DNA from: Mobula hypostoma
Taxonomy: Eukaryota
Direction of reading: 5' to 3'
NCBI RefSeq assembly: GCF_963921235.1
Contig: NC_086097.1
Coordinates: forward strand, 193,752,001-193,816,000
Length of the DNA: 64,000 nucleotides
This document shows positions 1-14,100 of the stretch, piece after piece. A model generated the notes under the pieces. The model was not told the DNA's origin. It was given only the letters and a program-made list of their open reading frames with translations, and did no database searches. The position numbers and the translations under genes are program-made. The first letter of the stretch is position 1. Every line of letters starts with the position of its first letter.

Positions 1-134
1 TGGACCCATATCATTAACCGAAGGGCTCCTGCTGTAATTGGTGTCATGTCAGTGATCGCAAACCAAAAGACAAATCTTGGACCTTCTGATTTGTATAACT
101 GATATTAATTTCACTGACACTGCCAATGAGTAAC

Positions 135-280
135 AATCTGCTGAAGGAATGCAACAGGCCAAGCAACATCTGTGTGGGAAAAGGAATTGTCAATATTTAA
201 GGTTGAAACTCAAAAATGGCAATTCTTCCCCCACCCCCACCACAGAAGCTGCTCGACCTGCTGAGTTTCCCCGGCAGATT
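135..280. mobile_element. Decayed palindromic Penelope-terminus-derived mini element
   Basis: 135-174 is an imperfect reverse complement of 241-280; gctgctcgacctgctgagttt resembles the Penelope 3' termini elsewhere in the window. Confidence 0.65.
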
Positions 281-737
281 GCTGGAATATCGACAGTCTC
301 TGATTTCGACCCTACCAATGAGAAAGTTTAATCACATTTTGTTTTTATTGCAGTTTTCAATGTTTTTTAAATCTATCCTTTGTTTACCTGGCCTGTAAAT
401 CTATCAAATTTGGACTGCTAGTGTGAGGATTGAGTTTGAGTCGCATTCCTCAGCCGTGACATCATAAAATAAAAACCTAAATATGAATTAAAATCCTTTG
501 ATGTTTTAATCAAAGAAACTAATAAATCATAATTCCTTCAGAAAAAGTGGCACATTTTGGAGAGAAATGAAGAAATTCTGAAGTTCCTTTTTGAATGAAA
601 GTGCTGTTCTCTGACTAATAGAGGTAATTGTCTGCTGGATAATTAGAGTCCTAGAGTAATACAGCACAGAAAAAGGCCCTTCAGCTCAACTGGACCATGT
701 CAGTTATAACATTCTCCCTGCTAGTCCCAGTTGCCTG

Positions 738-1460
738 CAGACATCCCACCCTGCAAAAACTCATCTCAGGGAGGTAGCACCATCAATTTGCGGGAGACTC
801 CCGGGAGAGGTGGGATGTCTGAAATAGAGTAGCTCCTGAGCAGCTAGCCAGCTAGTTTAAATAACTTCTGGATGAATGACACCTGTTAAAGTCACCACAA
901 CATGTCTTTTACAGTTATTTGGGCAATAGAAAAATCACTGTTGCAAACAGTGCAGCGAGCAACACTGTCATTATTTTTTACCCCTGGTACGCAGGGGTAC
1001 ACTTTAGTGTAGTCTAGGGTGATGTACGTGTTTTTTTTTGGAACACTCTGCCACTCTGACTTTTTTTGGAACTCTCGCTCTTGCTCTCTCTCTATCGCGC
1101 GCGCTGTCTCACTTATGGTCGCTCTCACTCGCGCTTGCTTTCTCGCTCTCTCTCGCGCTTGCTTTCTCGCTCTCTCTCGCGCATGCTTTCTCGCTCTCGC
1201 GCTTGCTTTCTCGCTCTCTCTCGCGCTTGCTTTCTCGCTCTCTCTCGCTCTTGCTTTCTCGCTCTCATGGTTGCTCTCACTTCCACTCGCTCTCTTGCGC
1301 TTGCTTTCTTGCTCTTGCGCTCACTCTCTCGCGCACATTCTCTCACGCTTGCTCTCAAAAAAGTCAATTTCCAGGACATTGTGTATAATTTGCGGGCATC
1401 AGGGAGCCACTATTAATTTGCGGGAGACTCTCGGAAGTTCCGGGAGAGGTGGGTTGTCTG
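738..1460 (-). mobile_element. Non-autonomous TIR DNA transposon, probably hAT-derived
   Basis: TIRs cagacatcccacc (738-750) and ggtgggttgtctg (1448-1460); flanking tgcctg duplicated (732-737, 1461-1466); minus-strand remnant ARCTVCNSDFSI resembles a BED-type transposase zinc finger. Confidence 0.75.
1072..1356. repeat. CpG-rich 22-24 nt minisatellite (ctctctcgcgcttgctttctcg)n
   Basis: Tandem units visible directly; they generate the low-complexity ORFs 1019..1480, 1038..1388, 1066..1416, 1125..1379. Confidence 0.9.
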
Positions 1461-2329
1461 TGCCTGCATTCGGCCCATAACCAACCAAGCTACCCCACCC
1501 CCCCCCCGTACCTATCCAAATAATGTATTTTCCACGCTCTCTTTCCTGACAATTGTACACAATACCGCAAGTGCAGTCTCTCCAATAACTTTTATAACTG
1601 CAACATGATGTCCCTACTTCTAAACTTTATGCCCTGACCGATGAAGGCCAGCATGCTAAATGCCTTCTTTACCACGCTGTCTACTTGTGAGGCCGATGCT
1701 AGTGAACTGTGCACTGAAGCTGCCAGGTTCCTCTGTTCCATCAGTGGCCTGCCATTAATCTTACGCTGGTTTGGCCGTCCAAAATGCATGATCTCATACT
1801 TATCTAATTGAGAACTCACAAATCTTGATTTACACACATGGGAAGAAGGACCACCCTTACAAGTCACATGTACTCTGATAGTCTACAAAATAAACTGTTT
1901 TCATGGGTAAAGAGATAATACCAGATGCTGTCTAACGAAGCAATGTTTTGTGGATGGCTTCTTCCCACAAGTATGATGTTAGATAATCAGCAAAGGGGAT
2001 ACTTGCAGTGTTCCTACAAAAGTTCCACTTTACAAATCTATCCAAAATGCTTAGGATCTGTTCAAATCCTGTGCAGAATACAGCAAAAGCTATTTTGAAT
2101 TTACAAGAACATATAAAGAAAATCTTGCTTAATCCAGTGGCCAATCACTGGAACTTATTGTCTTCAAAGTATCAGTAAAGTACTGAAATAAAGACTGGAT
2201 AGAGGGAGGCATCAGATGAGTGAGTCTTGTGTGCACAGAGACACAGTTAAAAATTATTATTAATAGTAATGTAGTCATTATCGGAAGTAACAATTATTAG
2301 GGATAAATGCCAGTCTTGCCAACAATAAA

Positions 2330-2630
2330 TTCCACACCACCAGGTTCAAGAACAACTACTCCCCTTCAACTATTCAGTTCTTGAATATACCTGTACAGCC
2401 CTAATCATTGCCACAGTATACCAAAACTATGACCACTTTGCACTACGATGGACCTAGTTTTATTTTGTTATAATTGAGTTCTTTCTTGCAAAAAAAACTT
2501 GTATCGTTTATCTTTCTCTTGTAAATACTGCTTATTTGATTTTATGTGAATGTGATGTTGCTGCAAGTAAATTTATATTTGCACCTGTGCACACATGTAC
2601 TTGTGCATTTGACAATAAACTAAACTTTAA
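2330..2630 (+). mobile_element. Rex1/Babar-like LINE 3' fragment
   Basis: HTTRFKNNYSPSTIQFLN end-of-ORF motif followed by a tail ending gacaataaactaaacttt. Confidence 0.6.
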
Positions 2631-2949
2631 GACATTAAGATGAACTTCTATGTTCAATGGCTAACCACTCACTGTACATAGCAACATGTTCTATTTCCCT
2701 TACACCCAAACAGTTCCAGTATGGAACACAAATATACAGCTCTGTGTTATTAGAAGAAATATCCTCCTGGAGAGATCTGGGGTCACTAGAATTGAAATCA
2801 TCCTAGATGCCCAGATGCTGAAGAGGTGGTGACCTACTGAACTTTTAACAATACTTGAACAAAAAATTCTAGCCTGAACGCACAATCATTATCATCACCA
2901 AACATTTGGAAATTAAAATTCAGCAGCCAATTCTTTCTGTCTTTTTTAG

Positions 2950-3106
2950 GTACCAAAGAAATTACTGTAGATGTGGATGACAATGGAGTCATTTCCCTGA
3001 TCTTTGAGTGCACTGATATGGCTGCAGGTTCAAAATTCATTTGGTCTAAGAATTATGAAGAACTTATTGACTCATCAAGAGTTACTCTAGAGAGCAAAGG
3101 TGGAAA
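2950..3106 (+). CDS. MYOM1: MYOM1 exon (My9 N-half)
   Basis: ttttttag|GT...GGAAA|gtaag; (G)TKEITVDVDDNGVISLIFECTDMAAGSKFIWSKNYEELIDSSRVTLESKGG(K). Confidence 0.95.
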
Positions 3107-6100
3107 GTAAGGACACTTTTTCTGTCAATACAAGGATTTTTGCTCTCTCATTAATTTTTTTCCATAACCAAAGAGGCAAAGTTATAATTACTTTGCTAGA
3201 AATAACCTTATAAACATATGAAATATATGTATTTTATATGGGCTCTACTGTACATCAATAACAAAATTAATAAGTTGAAAACATTATTGAGATATTTACT
3301 AATTCATCAGTACTTTGAACTGAGGAAAACTCAGCTTGATTGATATAATGATTATCTGACGCCTGATACAGAAGGAGAATTGTTAATTTGATACTAACAA
3401 TTGAATGTTTCAACACCTTTGAAATATTACATTGTACTACATAAGAATTTAATTATAAGGTAATATGGAGCACATGGCAGGGCAGTAATTTGCTAGAATA
3501 AGCTATTTTGGTGTAATGCATCTGATATAACTAAATTTTAGAAGTGGCTAAGGAATTCTAAGGTGATTTCTTTTCATATTAACTTGTTGATTTCTATTAT
3601 ATAAGGACAAAAATATTGTTGGTTTCAGGGCATCAGAAAATGTATTGCCCACACCCTTCAGCTTGTACCGTGTGTATATCCTGCCTAATAAAACAGGAGG
3701 AGGAGAGCTAATGGTCTGAGGGTGCTGTGGCACAACACAAAACAACAACATATACTTCGTCATCTCCTTTGCCTTTGCTTTATCCTGGATTTCAGGATTC
3801 ACCGTTGAAGAATAAGCTCTGCAGGAAATTTTATCCTAAATTGTTGTCACAAGATCAGACCAAACACTTCTGACACAGTTCTCTGTAAATTGTTTTCAGG
3901 AAATTTGGGATAATAATGTTTAAGGAAAACATGGAAAGATAGTGCAAAGTACTGACCTCCAGACATACACTCTGTGACTTGATAAGAATATTTCCCATCA
4001 TTTCTGATGTAATAACTGATCTCAGTTGTGTAGCAACAAGAGATACTAGACAGAGATGTTTCCTTTCAGGAATTAAGAAACCATCAGAGTAAAAGTCAAT
4101 CTGATATCCTTTTTAAATAGGTAAATAAGTTGCTAAGTAAAATCTTTAAGGGTAGATAACCTTTTTAGCATTATTTATCACGTTGGCAGAACAGGAGAGA
4201 GAAAATAAATGAATGCAACAAATCTGAGATAATGTACAGAATATCCTGCTCAACAATATGCTAAGATTAATATCCTTTTCTACATTTTCTTCAAATAGAA
4301 CAAGACTAATTTTCAATGACCCAGGAAAAGAAGATTTGGGTGTTTATTCTTGTGTGGTCACTGAAACAGATGGAGTTTCTTCCAGTTATACCATAAATGA
4401 AGAAGGTATTTTATGTTTTTTCAAAAATTATTTTTGTAGTGAAAGCTCCAAAAGATTTAAAATAGTGATTTAAATTAAATCTGAATTTCTCCACTTGGTT
4501 GATGGTGAGTGCTATTCATGGTAATGAGTGTAAAATGCGTATATTATTGCTGAGGTAGATTGGTTTTTGAACTTGAGGAGAATTGAGATTTATGGGAATC
4601 TGAAGCCTGTGCTCAGATGAGCCATGGTATTGAATGGCAGAGTGGGTTTGAGGAGCTTACTCCACCAAGAGTTTATCATGAAACACACATCTTCACCGTT
4701 TGCCTTATTTACAGAATGTGTTTCTTCCCAGATCTGTATTGTAAAGTAAAATGCATAATTTTACATTGTTGATCAGTGTCATTGTTAACATAGGTAACAA
4801 TGACCTTCTTTGAGTCTGTCGGTTGCAGAGTCTCCTCTGCTGTCACAGTGGTTCCATGAGACTAGCTATCTGTCATTGCTGAGATGGCCCCTATTGTACG
4901 TAGACCTCCCAGCAAAAGGACATGTTGGGGGTGTGCTGGAACAAACAGCCTGGCATAGGGTAAAGAGGCGATGATTTCAGGTTAACAGTAGATCTGCTGT
5001 AATATGGTAAAGGTAGAAGATGTTGCAACCTTGATCTGGCCTGTTTTGGTTATACAGGTTGAGTAGCCCTTATCTGAAATTCCACAATCCAAAAGCTCCA
5101 AAATCCAGATTTTTTTTGAGCACTGTCAAGATGTCACAAAAGAAAACTGCCACAAGATACTTCCTAGGCAAGGCAAACCTCTCTGTGCAGTTCTGAGAAG
5201 TGATGAACAAAAGTTAATGAAAAATAGAAAAACACTGCATAAGACAAAATATAAAAATCTCAATTGTGTATTGAAAAAGTGGATTCGGCAGCATCAGAGT
5301 GAACATGTACCTCTTAACAGTAGGCCGATCATGAAACAAGCAAGGATCTATCAGGACAAACTGAAAATAGAGGGTAATTGTTTTAGAAAGATAGATAGGT
5401 ATATTTTATTGATCCTGAGGGAAATTGGGTTTCGTTACAGCCGCACCAACCAAAAATAGAGCGTAAATATAGCAATACGAAAACCGCAAACAAACAAAAA
5501 AATGCAAACTATGCCAAATGGAAAATAAGTCCAGGACCAGTCTATTGGCTCAGGGTGTCTGACCCTCCACGGGAGGAGCTGCAAGTTTGATGGCCACAGG
5601 CAGGAATGACCTCCAGTGCCGCCCAGTGTTGTATCTCGGTGTAGTGTGGCCGAAGTCCAACAGTAAAAAGTTCAATATCCGGTCTACAAACACGTTCCTC
5701 GATCGTAATATGACCCAGATTGCACCATCTGTTGTTAACCAGAACAGTAAGCACCCAATTCCTTTATGCTTACCGCTCTCAGTGCACTTCCGGTCAGCCG
5801 GAACGGTCTGGAAGCCGTCCATGGAGAAGTTTTGATCAGATATGTCCTCGTGCAGCCCTGTTCCAGTGAAACACATAACACTGCACTCCCGAAATGTTCT
5901 CTGACTCCTGGTTAGCGCCGTGAACTCGTCCATTTTATTACCCACCGATCTCCTCTTCTCCATAAGTCTCTGTTGTCTCGACCCGGTCCTCTTTCCTCGA
6001 CTTTGTGATCCCCCTCTGCATCCTCTGTGTGTTTTCCTCCAGATTTCAGCAGGGGTGTCCGCCGCTCTGCTCGCTAAATCAGCCGGCATTAGCGCAAACG

Positions 6101-8127
6101 GCTGGTCCCTGGAATACACAATGCAACCTTGCTTCTGTCCCACGTGTCGGGATGTAACTATTTCCAGTGCTAAAAACCCAAATAAAACTCTCTCTACCAG
6201 CATGTTAGAGAGGGTGCAGCTTGTTACCATGTTACCGTGAAAAAAAATATACAAAAAATAACATAAGTTATGAAGTAAGAAGAAGAAAGTAAGGATACTG
6301 ATCGGAACGGCTGTACCACGCTGCATGCACGACCGGCGCATGCGCACAATGAATTATATACAAAATTATTAAACTGTAATATAGAACAACCACCCTCTCA
6401 TCGTAGTTGCTGTGGAATGGGCAACTGTTTGAAATCACTGGCAGGTATTACTGTCCTCAGCCCATAACAGATGTGGTTAGGGGTGGTCATTCAACTCCAA
6501 CTCTGTGTAGAACCCAGCTATATCACATCAGGCTGTGCTCTGACTGTGGACTGTATACTCTGTGAGCTTCACACCAGCTGTACCTAAGCAGCATATGTAA
6601 TGTAAATGGATTTTGTGTTTAGACTTGAGTCCCATCTTCAAGGTGTCTGATGCAAATAAATGCAAATATTCTGAAATCCAAAAAAAAAATCCAAATCCAA
6701 AATACATCTGGCCTCAGGCATAAGGTATACTCAACTCGTATAAGCTTCGCTGAATCTATTGAAACAAGTTAAGATTTAGATTTAGATTTTTCATGTTACC
6801 AAACTGAAAAAAAGCTTACAGGAAAATTCATAGAGCTGCATTATAAGTAGTAAAGTTGTTTAAATCTTTGCTTTTATCTTTGCAGAGCTCTTACGTCTTC
6901 TTGAAATTAGTCATGAACATAAATTCCCAGGTTGGTATTCTGAACATTATCAGCTGCAGTCACGATTGTTCCTAATGTAATTTGTTAGAATGACACATGA
7001 TCACATTACTTGTGTTGGCAGTTGTACCTCTGAAGTCAGAGCTAGCAGTTGAGCTCCTGGATAAAGGACAAGTACGCTTCTGGTTGGAGGCTGAACGGCT
7101 CTCTCCAAATGGACAATGTAAATTTGTATTTAATGACAAGGAAGTTAAAAATGATGAGGTAAGTTACTTTACTAATTAATGAAACTCAGAAATGATTTCC
7201 TTCATATTTGTAAAATGAATTAAATTATTAAATCATTCCCTTTCACTGGTGATGATGGCTAAACATAGTGACATGGTAAATGGATTTTAAAGGAATCATT
7301 AGTAATTCTATCAGGAAAAAAAATCAAAACACAATTGAGAGACACATAAATCAGAGAAGTTCCCACAGTGATTCTAAATGGTGTCTAGAGGCATCTCTTA
7401 ATGTAACCATTTTTCATTTTAATATCACATTAGAAGTCTTAACTTCAGGAATATTTTTAGTCCCTGCCAGTCCTTCTCTTGGTTATATTACAATGTCATT
7501 CACTAGAGGAGAAATCAAGTAAACACCATTGGATTATTTATCTATGGTTAGCTTGGTAGAAGACATTAAAAATAGAAAATGGTTTGATCTTACATCATCT
7601 ATCACTTAAAGGTGCAGCCCATTACCCCAAATGGTGTTTAGATCCATCTCTCACAACTGGTAACCAAACATTTCAGCTCCCCTATTACCCGGGGGTCCCA
7701 TCTCCATCATCAACCAAACTTATTTTATTCAGTCTCAGTGTTGAACACTTGATGGAAAGAGATGTTGATTTTTTTTTGATATGTTCTCCTTTATCTGACC
7801 ATGAGTATGGTTTTTTCCAGTAACAAAATGACCTAATCAGTTATATTACTGATGATGATCAAGCAATTGAGGAGGTCAGGTTTTAATGGTAGGCAAAGGT
7901 TTAAATATAATTATCTTTAAAGGTATGGTAGAGCAGCAGTTAGTGCTGCTGCGTGACCACTCCGGGTGCCTGGTTCAAACCTCATCCTGATGTCTGTGCT
8001 GAGTGATTGCACAGGTTTCTTCAAGATGCTCCAGTTTCCTCCCTTGTCCAAAAGATGTGCAAGTTAATTGACTGCCATAAGTTACCACTCAGTATAGTTT
8101 GATGGCAAAAAAAAACAAAAGGGAGGA

Positions 8128-8167
<40 letters not shown>

Positions 8168-11100
8168 ATTCTAGGAATACGGAGAAATAGGGTGATGGGA
8201 AATGTGACTAATGGGATTTCAGCTTGGAGACAATGAGCAGAATGGCTGTCAACTGTGTTGTATCAGTATAAAATAAGATTAGTCAGACTAAATCAAGCTA
8301 AGCTAGATAAATAGCCAAGTACATGTTGGCCAGATTTCCTTTGAATGACAGCCATAAGCTATGGAGTGACAGACACTTCTGGTATTCACACCATAATACT
8401 CTCTGTCCAAAAATACATCTATTTATTTTGAGAAAATTACATTGCAGTGTAGATACTTATAGTATTTTTTTTTGAAGAAAGCAAGGCATTAACTGATTTT
8501 AAAGTGAATTGACGCTGTTCTGTTTTGAAGAAAATCCATGTTTTCAATTGTGATTTATTATATAAGAGATTCAGACTCGAATTTTGAAGAATCCTTGAAC
8601 ATTTTGACCAGAGCTAAAGTTTCACAGCCTCAGTGGTCTGCTTTGAAGCCAGGCCAATTTTCTGAGGTCATTTAATTTTGAACATGTAAGGTGGAGAATG
8701 CCTTGGAAAATGCTTGGCATTTGCTCTAGTGTATTTTTGTATGAATCCTTGAAGCTGCCTATTTTAAACATAAGCAATTGATTATTTTGTGATTAACTTA
8801 CAAGCTTTTCTTCCTCAGTAGCAATTGGCATGTGTTTGCTGTTGCCAAAGTGCAAGAAATGGAAAAGAAATGTTAGATAGAACATAGAACAGTACAGAAA
8901 ACAATTCAAATTTGTCCAACATTTTCTTACAGCTAACATATTCCAATCCAGGCAACATCCTGGTGAACCTCATCTCATCCTCTAAAATGCTTCCATGTCC
9001 TTCTGATGGAGCAGGATTTCACACAGTACTCGAACTGTGGCCTAACCAGAGTTTTATACAGCTTCAAAGTGACTTCCCACTTTTATATTCATTGCTACAT
9101 TCAATGGAGACAAAAACATGCCTTCTTTACCACACTATCTCGCTGTGTTTCCATTTTAGGGAGCTATGGACATGCATCCAAAGGTCCCTCTGTACATCAG
9201 TGCTCCTAAGGGTCCTGCTATTGCCTGTGTAGTTTCCTCTTGCATTTGACCTCCCACTTGTACCACCTCACACTTGTCTGGATTAAAAACCTTTCTTTCC
9301 AACTGATTATATCTTGCTGTATCTTTTGATATAATGTAGTTCAGTCAATTGATTAACATTGAGGTACTCATTTTATGAGTCATGTCAATGGCAAAGACCT
9401 GCTTCTCACCTACAGCGCAAATATCTGGAAGTGGTGGAGGGAGGATGGCAAGGATCTAGGATTCTGCATTGTGGAGAGTTTATTTCTTCATTTATGGCGA
9501 GGAATGCTAGTTAGAAGACTCAGAAGATTAAGCTGATCTAAAATAAACACTGCCACAAGATGGTGACGTATAGAGTAATGCCAATAGTCTCCATGCAGTA
9601 ATTTTTCAGCGTCAGCGAATGCACTGATGGTGGCACCAAATGTGGTGTAGATTAGAAAACCTAAAGGCAAACCATCAAGCTGTAGATAGTTACAGAGCAG
9701 TACTGAATGAAATCATTCAAATCATTGCCTAAGATTCACCTGTCAGCTCTTGCAGTTCCTGTCTCCAGTGACCTCACAAATCTAACCTTAGCAACCAACT
9801 TGTTCTCACCTACACGCTGTCCTTTGCAACATTATGTGACAATAATTGGGAAGACCTTTCATTGAAGAAGTAAGTTTGTGCAAGCCTGTCATGTTTTAAG
9901 CATTAAACTGGGTGCAAACTCAGGACCACAAACTGCAGGGTGAAATGCAGCAATGCGCTCTACTGTACTGATCTTCTCAGTAAGTTCACCATGGAAATAT
10001 AGGCATCCTCAAACTATTCAGTTCCTAGGCTAGGAAGTCTGCCCACTGAATCTCTGTCAGGTTAAATATTTCATGAGCAGTGGTCAGACAGAATGGGTAG
10101 AAACAGCTACCCACTCAAGCATAAGAAATTGGTTTTATTAACTTAAATTTAAATTTAATTGCTTAAAGTGTGCAGGTTTTATTGATGTTTTGCCTGTCAG
10201 TAGAAGTATCTGTCCATGGCGTCAGATTGTGTGTGTATGCTGATTTAACTACCTTTCCCCACCCATCCACTGCATCTGTTCTCAGATTGTTTATCCACGA
10301 TTCAAGTTCAAAGAAATATCTTTCTCCAGCTACATAGTAGTTATGATTGGCAGGTATGATGTTGGCATTGCTTATTCGTGGCTGAAAGAATATCATAGTT
10401 GGGAGATTAACATCCAAGGATACACATTGTATTGAAAGGATAAGCAGGTGGTAGGCAGAGGGGCTGGGGTGGCTCTGTTAATAAAAAAAAAACTTAAATC
10501 AAATCCTTAGAAAGAACTGACATAGGAGCAGAAGAAGCAGAATCATTGTGGGTAGCGTTAAGAAATTCCAAGGGTAAAAAGGCTCTGATGGGAGTTATAT
10601 AAAGGCTTCCGGACAGTAGCCATGATGTAGACTACAAGTTACAATGGAAGATAGAAAAGGCATGTAAGAAGGGTAATATTGTGATAATCATGGGGATTTC
10701 AATATGTAGGTAGATTGGGAAAATCTTATTGGTGCTGAATCCCAAGAGAGATAATTTGTAGAATTTGTAGAATGCCTACAAGATGGCTTTTTAGAGCAGC
10801 TTGTGGTTGAACCAACTGGAGAATAGTAATGACCCAGATTTTATTAGGGATCTAAGGTAAAAGAACCTTAGAAACCAGTGATCATAATATGATAGAATTC
10901 ACTCTGCAGTTTGAGAGGAAGCTAACATTCAATATATCTTTATTACAGTGGAGTAAAGGGAATTACAGAGGCATAAGCTGGTCAAAGTTGATGGGAAGGG
11001 GACACTAGCAGGGATGATGGTAGAACAACAATAACTGGAGTTTCTGGGAGAAATTCAAAAGGCACAGGAAAGACTTAGGCCAAAGATGAAGAGGTATTCT

Positions 11101-14100
11101 AAAGGGAGGCAACTGTTGCTGACAAGGGAAGTCAAAGACAGCATAGGAGAGGGCATACAATACAGCAAAAAAGACACAGTGGGAAGGAAGAGGATTGGGA
11201 AGCTTTCAAAAACCAACAGAACTAAAAAAGCCACAAAGAGAGAAAAGGTTAAATATGAAGGTAAGCTAGCCAATAATATAAAAGAAGATACAAAAAGCTT
11301 TTCCAGATGTATAAATAGTAAAATAGAGACGAGAAGATTTTGGACTACTGGAAAATGATGCTGGAGAAGTAGTAATGGGGGAATAAAGAAATGGTGGATG
11401 AACTTAAGTATTTTGCATCAATCTTCACTGTGGAAGGTACTAGCTGAATATCAGAAATGTAAGCGTGTCAGCGGGCAGAAGTGAGTAGTTGCTATTACTA
11501 AGGAGAAGGTGCTTGGGAAGCTGAAATATCTGAAGGTAGTTAAGTCACCTGGACCAGATGGACTACACACCAGAGTTCTGACAGAAGTGGCTGAAGAGTT
11601 TGTGGAGGCATTAGTAATGATTTTTCAGAATTACTAGGACTGGAAAATTGCTACTGTCACTCTACTCTTCAAGAAGCAAGGGAGGCAGAAGGAAGGAAAT
11701 TATAGATTAGTTAGCCTGACTTCAATGGTTGGAAAGTTGTTGGAATCTATTATTAAGGATGAGGTTTCACAGTTCTTGGATGCATACAACAAAATAGGCC
11801 AAAGTCAGCATAGTTTCCTTAGGGTAAATTCTTGCCTGACACATCTGTTGGAATTCTTTGAGGAAATAACAGTCAGGATAGACAAAGGTGAGTCAGCGGA
11901 TGTTGTTTATTTGGATCTTCAGAAGGCCTTTAACATGCTGCTGCACATGAGGCTGCTTAACAAGAACCCATGTAAACAGTGGGAATAAAGGGGGTCTTTT
12001 CTGGTTGGCTACCAGTGACTAGTTGTGTGCCACAGGGGTCGGTGTTGTAACGGTTTCTTTTCACATTCTATGTCAATGATTTGGATGAAGGGATTGATGG
12101 TTTTGTGGCCAAATTTGTAGATGATGTGAAAATAGGTGGAGGGGCAGGTAGTGTTGAGGAAGGAGGGAGTCTGCAGAAGGACTTCGGTAGATTGGGAGAA
12201 TGTCAAAGCAATGACAGAATATAGTGTCATTGGAATATAGCGTAGATTAGTGCATGGTCATGCACTTTGGTAAAAGGAATAAAGGCATGGACTATTTTCT
12301 CAATGCGGAGAAAATTTAAAAGTCCAAGGTGCATAGGGACTTGGGAGTCCTTATGCAGGATTCACTAAAAGTTAACTTGGGGTTGAGTCCATTGTAGGGA
12401 AGGCAAATGCAAAGTTAGCAATCATTTTGAGAGGACTAGATTATAAGAGTAAGGATGTAATGCTGGGCCTTCAAAGGCATTGATCAGACGACCCGTGAAG
12501 TATTCTGACCAGTTTTGGGCTCCTTACCGAGGAAAAGATGTGCTGGCACAGGAGAGAATCAAGAGGAGGTGCATGAGAATGATCCCAGGAATGAAAAGGT
12601 TAACATATGAGGTGTGTTCAATGTCTCTGGGCTTGTACTTGCTGCAGATTGGAAGAATGAGGAGAGGGGTCTCATTGAAACATATTGAATATAGAAAGCC
12701 CTAGACAGAATGGATGTGGAGAGAATGTTTTCTACAGAAGGGGAATCTAGGACGAGAGGACACAGCCTCAGAATAGAGGGGTATCTATTTAGAACAGAGA
12801 TGAGGAAAAATTTCTTACGCAGATGGTGGTGAATCTCTGGAATTCATTGCACTGACAGCTGTGCAGGCCAAGTCATTGCATATATTTAAGGTGGAGGTTG
12901 ATAGATTCTTGATTAATCAGGGCATCAAAGGTTACAGGGAGAAGGCAGGATGATGGGGTTGACAAGTGTAATAAATCTACAGTTTTTCAGCATTTTCTTT
13001 CTTGTGGCTGATTGGTGGTAGGTGGTCTGTTAGGTCTGTGCATGTGAGTTGGGGGAGGAGTTTTTTGATGCTACTGTGGCTGTTCTTTTCTCCTGGTCAG
13101 GGGGTTGGAGATTGTATTGTTATTTTTTTTTCTGTGGATAAGAGGTTCCGGGATTGTTATTTTTGCTGTTTTTTTCTGTGGGGAGGATGTGGAGATATGT
13201 TGCTACTGTTGCAGATTTTTTTTCTGTGGGGGTGATGTGCAGGAATCTGGGGGTCTGCATGTTTTTTTTCGAGTGTATTTCATGGCTATCTGAAGAAGTC
13301 AAGTATCAATAGTTTTCTCTAGGTTCAATAGCTACATTTAATGTCAGAGAAATGTATACAATATACATCCTGAAATTCATTTTCTTCACAAACATCCATG
13401 AAATAGAGGACTACTCCAAGGAATGAATGGCAGCTAAACATTAGAAACCCAAAGGCTCTCCCAGTTCCCTCCTCCTACACACAAGCAACAGCAAGGCAAC
13501 GACTCCACTCCCCCCCCCCACCAGGCAAAAAGTATCGGTGCCCCCCCCCACCGAGCACTCAAGCATGCAGCAAAGCATCAATAAAGACACAGACTTGCAG
13601 TCCAGAGACGGTTAGGCTACTCATTCACCTGGTAATTCGACATACCACAGGCTTGCTCTCTCTTCCTAATAAGGGAAAAAAAGGTGTCCCCATTTCACAG
13701 TGAGAGGGGAAACATAACAAACAAATCACTGATTTATGATGTTTAAAGTATATTGCATTGCTTTTTCCAAGCTCTGTGCCCAGAGAATTAATCCCCAGGC
13801 TTAGGTCTCTGGACACACAGCCCACAGTGTTCCGTGTTTTCCTGTGATGCCTCAGTCAGGGGCACCAGCCTTGAATCAGTCCATCTCCAGAGCCACGAAC
13901 ATCCAGCACCCTGAAGGCACACTAGTCTTCCAGGTCACGTCTTTGGTATATCAAAAAGCAGCTTGTCACGAGGCCCTGAGAGCGGGTCTCTTTCCCGCAA
14001 AGAACCAAAGTCAGAGTTTAACTCCAGGTCAGGGTCTTCAAAAGAACCTTGAAAAAGAAAAAAAAAGATATCAAAGATAGAAATAGAGCTGTTTCTGAAG

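Larger units (their letters stand above)
644..1819 (-). mobile_element. CR1-clade LINE 3' remnant, interrupted by a DNA transposon
   Basis: ORF 1592..1867 remnant EQRNL..VHSSL..ASQVDSVVKKAFSMLAFIGQGIKFRSRD plus the CR1 3' tail. Confidence 0.85.

Noticed and set aside
1019..1480. Overlapping 84-153 aa ORFs rich in L/S/A/R or E/R/K, and a CRISPR-like periodicity
   Set aside because: Products of a stop-free minisatellite; units are directly tandem with no unique spacers, in a vertebrate context.
5550..6347. 265-aa minus-strand ORF as a host gene
   Set aside because: It is a LINE endonuclease remnant that frameshifts and is fused to the element's 3' end.
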